DNA from: Torpedo marmorata | Lineage: Eukaryota | Reading direction: 5' to 3' | NCBI GenBank assembly: GCA_977017645.1 | Contig: OZ360226.1 | Span: 158,472,001-158,536,000, forward strand | DNA: 64,000 nt | Shown here: positions 62,382 to 64,000 of the stretch, piece after piece | Layout: every line of letters starts with the position of its first letter | Numbering within the stretch: the stretch's first letter is position 1 | The notes under the pieces: model-generated | Told to the model about the DNA's origin: nothing | What the model saw: only the letters and a program-made list of their open reading frames with translations | Databases searched by the model: none | Position numbers and translations under genes: made by a program

Positions 62382-63641
62382 TTCTCCTGGTTGAAGAAGT
62401 AGGGGGGGTCGGTGCCATCTTTACGCCGGCCCCTGCTGTTGCCACGTGTACTTGCGCGGCCGCCGTTGCGGGCACCGGTTTGCTTGCCCAGAGCGGGTAC
62501 TGCTACAATACAATATTAAAGACAGTTATTTTCAATTTGATAAGATCTGGGCCTATATTCATGGAATATTATCATGATTGGAAGATTTAAGAAGTTTGGA
62601 TGCTCCGAAGATTCTCTGTCTTGTGTCTGAAGGTCGTTATTTGATCCATATTTTTTACATTTTTTTAAATGGTAACATTGATTAGAGGAAAGGGTTAGAA
62701 TAGAATTAAGTTTTTTTTTTTTGTTTTGTTGGATTTTTTTAAATTTTTTTAAATTTCTTATCTATTTTTTTATTAAATGTTCAAATGGGTTTAACTATGA
62801 CATTTATTGTTTATTTTAAATCACACAGAATTTACCCTCTGTTTATATGGAAATTAGTTTAATGTCGTTCCAATATTTTATATTTACATGTATACGCTAT
62901 GACTTGTTATCTGTTTATTACAGATTATGTATGTATGATATATGTTAAACTCAACAAAAATATTTTGAAAAGAAAAGAAAGGAAAATTTTCCCACCACCT
63001 GTGGTTCAACTTGGCCAATGTCCAAGTTGTTATCGGCCATATCAAAACTCAAGGCTGTGTCATACGCCGAATTAAGGGTTACATCTTTTGTACTTAGCAA
63101 TCGCTGTCTGGCACTGCGGTCAGCTAAACCTATTATTAACCAGTCTCTTAATGCTTCGTTTACACCAAACTCACAGGTTTCTGACAGTCTACGTAATTCA
63201 GCCAAAAATTCGCTTACGGATTCGCCTGTTTTCTGTTTTTTGAAGTAAAATTTTTGTCTTTCTGCGATGCCTAATGGTTTGGGGCATAGATGTGCCCCTA
63301 TTATAGCACACAATTCTGCATAAGTTTTTGTGCTTGGTGCTAAAAGAGATTTCATCAGTTTAAATGTCTTGCTTTCTACTTGGCTCAGAAACAGTGCCCG
63401 CTTCTGGTTCAAAAGTGGTGTGTCAGTAATATTATGGGCAAGACAGTGTTGATCAAATCTTTCGACATAGTCATACCAGTCTTCTTGAGTCAACGAATTT
63501 TCCAAACTGTCCTTCCACCATTTTGAGTCTTTTTTTCTTTTGTTCTATGTGCTTGAGCCTGTGGGGCTCACTGTGGTGATAGTCTTACATTTCCCTTTTA
63601 AATCTTCACTAACGTTCGGAGCATAGAAGGAGTTTGTTTCG

Positions 63642-63654
63642 ATCCTCGTCGCCA
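63642..63654 (-). promoter_or_regulatory. Primer-binding site, tRNA-Ser(GCT)
   Basis: TGGCGACGAGGAT begins 3 nt after the 5' LTR and is complementary to the tRNA-Ser(GCT) 3' end. A polypurine tract lies at ~48392-48406 next to the 3' LTR. Confidence 0.85.
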
Positions 63655-63957
63655 ATCTGTAGTGTATTCTAGGCTTAGAAATACACTAGCACACGGAGTC
63701 GTGATGCTTCATTCATTCTTTATTGTAGTTCTAAAATGGTTCCCCCACAGCATACAATATATATATACGTGATGACGTCACACGCACGCAGGCTTATATT
63801 CACAACAAACACCACCCTCTGTGCAGAAGGTGTCCCTCAGGTCCCTTGTAAAGGTTTAGAACAATTACATGTAATAAGATTTTTAACTTATATTTAGAAC
63901 TTGGTTAAGACAACTTATTTGGTTTTTTTTCCTACTTGTATAAATACCAGATGAATT

Positions 63958-64000
63958 ATCAGAATCAGAATTTATTGTCATGAACAAGTCATGAAATTCG
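63958..64000 (-). mobile_element. Rex1-A 3' tail, running off the window
   Basis: tcagaatcagaatttattgtcatgaacaagtcatgaaattcg is the reverse complement of the family-A tail. Confidence 0.85.

Larger units (their letters stand above)
55793..62507 (-). mobile_element. Gypsy LTR retrotransposon, CsRN1-like, two LTRs, frameshifted
   Basis: 3' LTR 55793-56136; 5' LTR 59757-59968 plus 62381-62507. 4-bp TSD atac. PBS TGGTGACCCCGAC (tRNA-Trp) at 59743-59755. PPT at ~56140-56149. Gag KLPTFW and CFYH, RT YLDD, integrase YHPQSNG and PYEGPF. Confidence 0.95.
51915..62980 (+). mobile_element. L1/Tx1 'family A' with full-length decayed ORF2, inserted into Gypsy gag and itself interrupted
   Basis: ORF2 start at 52152 (SWNVKGMN, FQETH), then RT and CCHC. 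3' end at 62508-62980. TSD ggaaaattttcc at 51903-51914 and 62981-62992. Confidence 0.93.
48244..63807 (-). mobile_element. Gypsy LTR retrotransposon, Mag-like, two LTRs, decayed and multiply interrupted
   Basis: TG..CA LTRs at 48244-48391 and 63658-63807. TSD accac/aacac. Gag 62951-63505 plus CCHC knuckles at ~51800-51900. Protease LDMGA, RT YLDD, RNase H, integrase (HxxHPG, VDFAGP). Confidence 0.95.

Overview
Vertebrate genomic DNA, not prokaryotic; the HER1-like CR1 LINEs and Penelope tails suggest a cartilaginous fish (inference). The only recognisable host gene is MAP4K4 on the minus strand, which the ORF track misses: exon 1 CDS 28231-28287 (MANDSPAKSLVEIDLSSLR), exon 2 27826-27891 ([22 protein letters not shown]), a CpG-island promoter and two uORFs. 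Positions 1-27825 are inferred to be its large intron 2. Most of the rest is nested transposable-element debris: CR1, Rex1/Babar, L1/Tx1 and Penelope-like retroelements, two Gypsy LTR elements (Mag-like with tRNA-Ser PBS; CsRN1-like with tRNA-Trp PBS), and Tc2, Tigger and hAT MITEs. Highlights: (1) two different L1/Tx1-type inserts sit antisense at the same nucleotide of two separate copies of another L1 family, suggesting a retrotransposon that targets a retrotransposon; (2) a five-level nest at 48-64 kb with resolvable junctions; (3) a 769-aa open APE-RT ORF whose start codons come from the antisense strand of a Gypsy LTR; (4) a degenerate Penelope hammerhead ribozyme. Boundaries without TSD support are approximate, family labels A/B are my own groupings, and all identities are by-eye counts.
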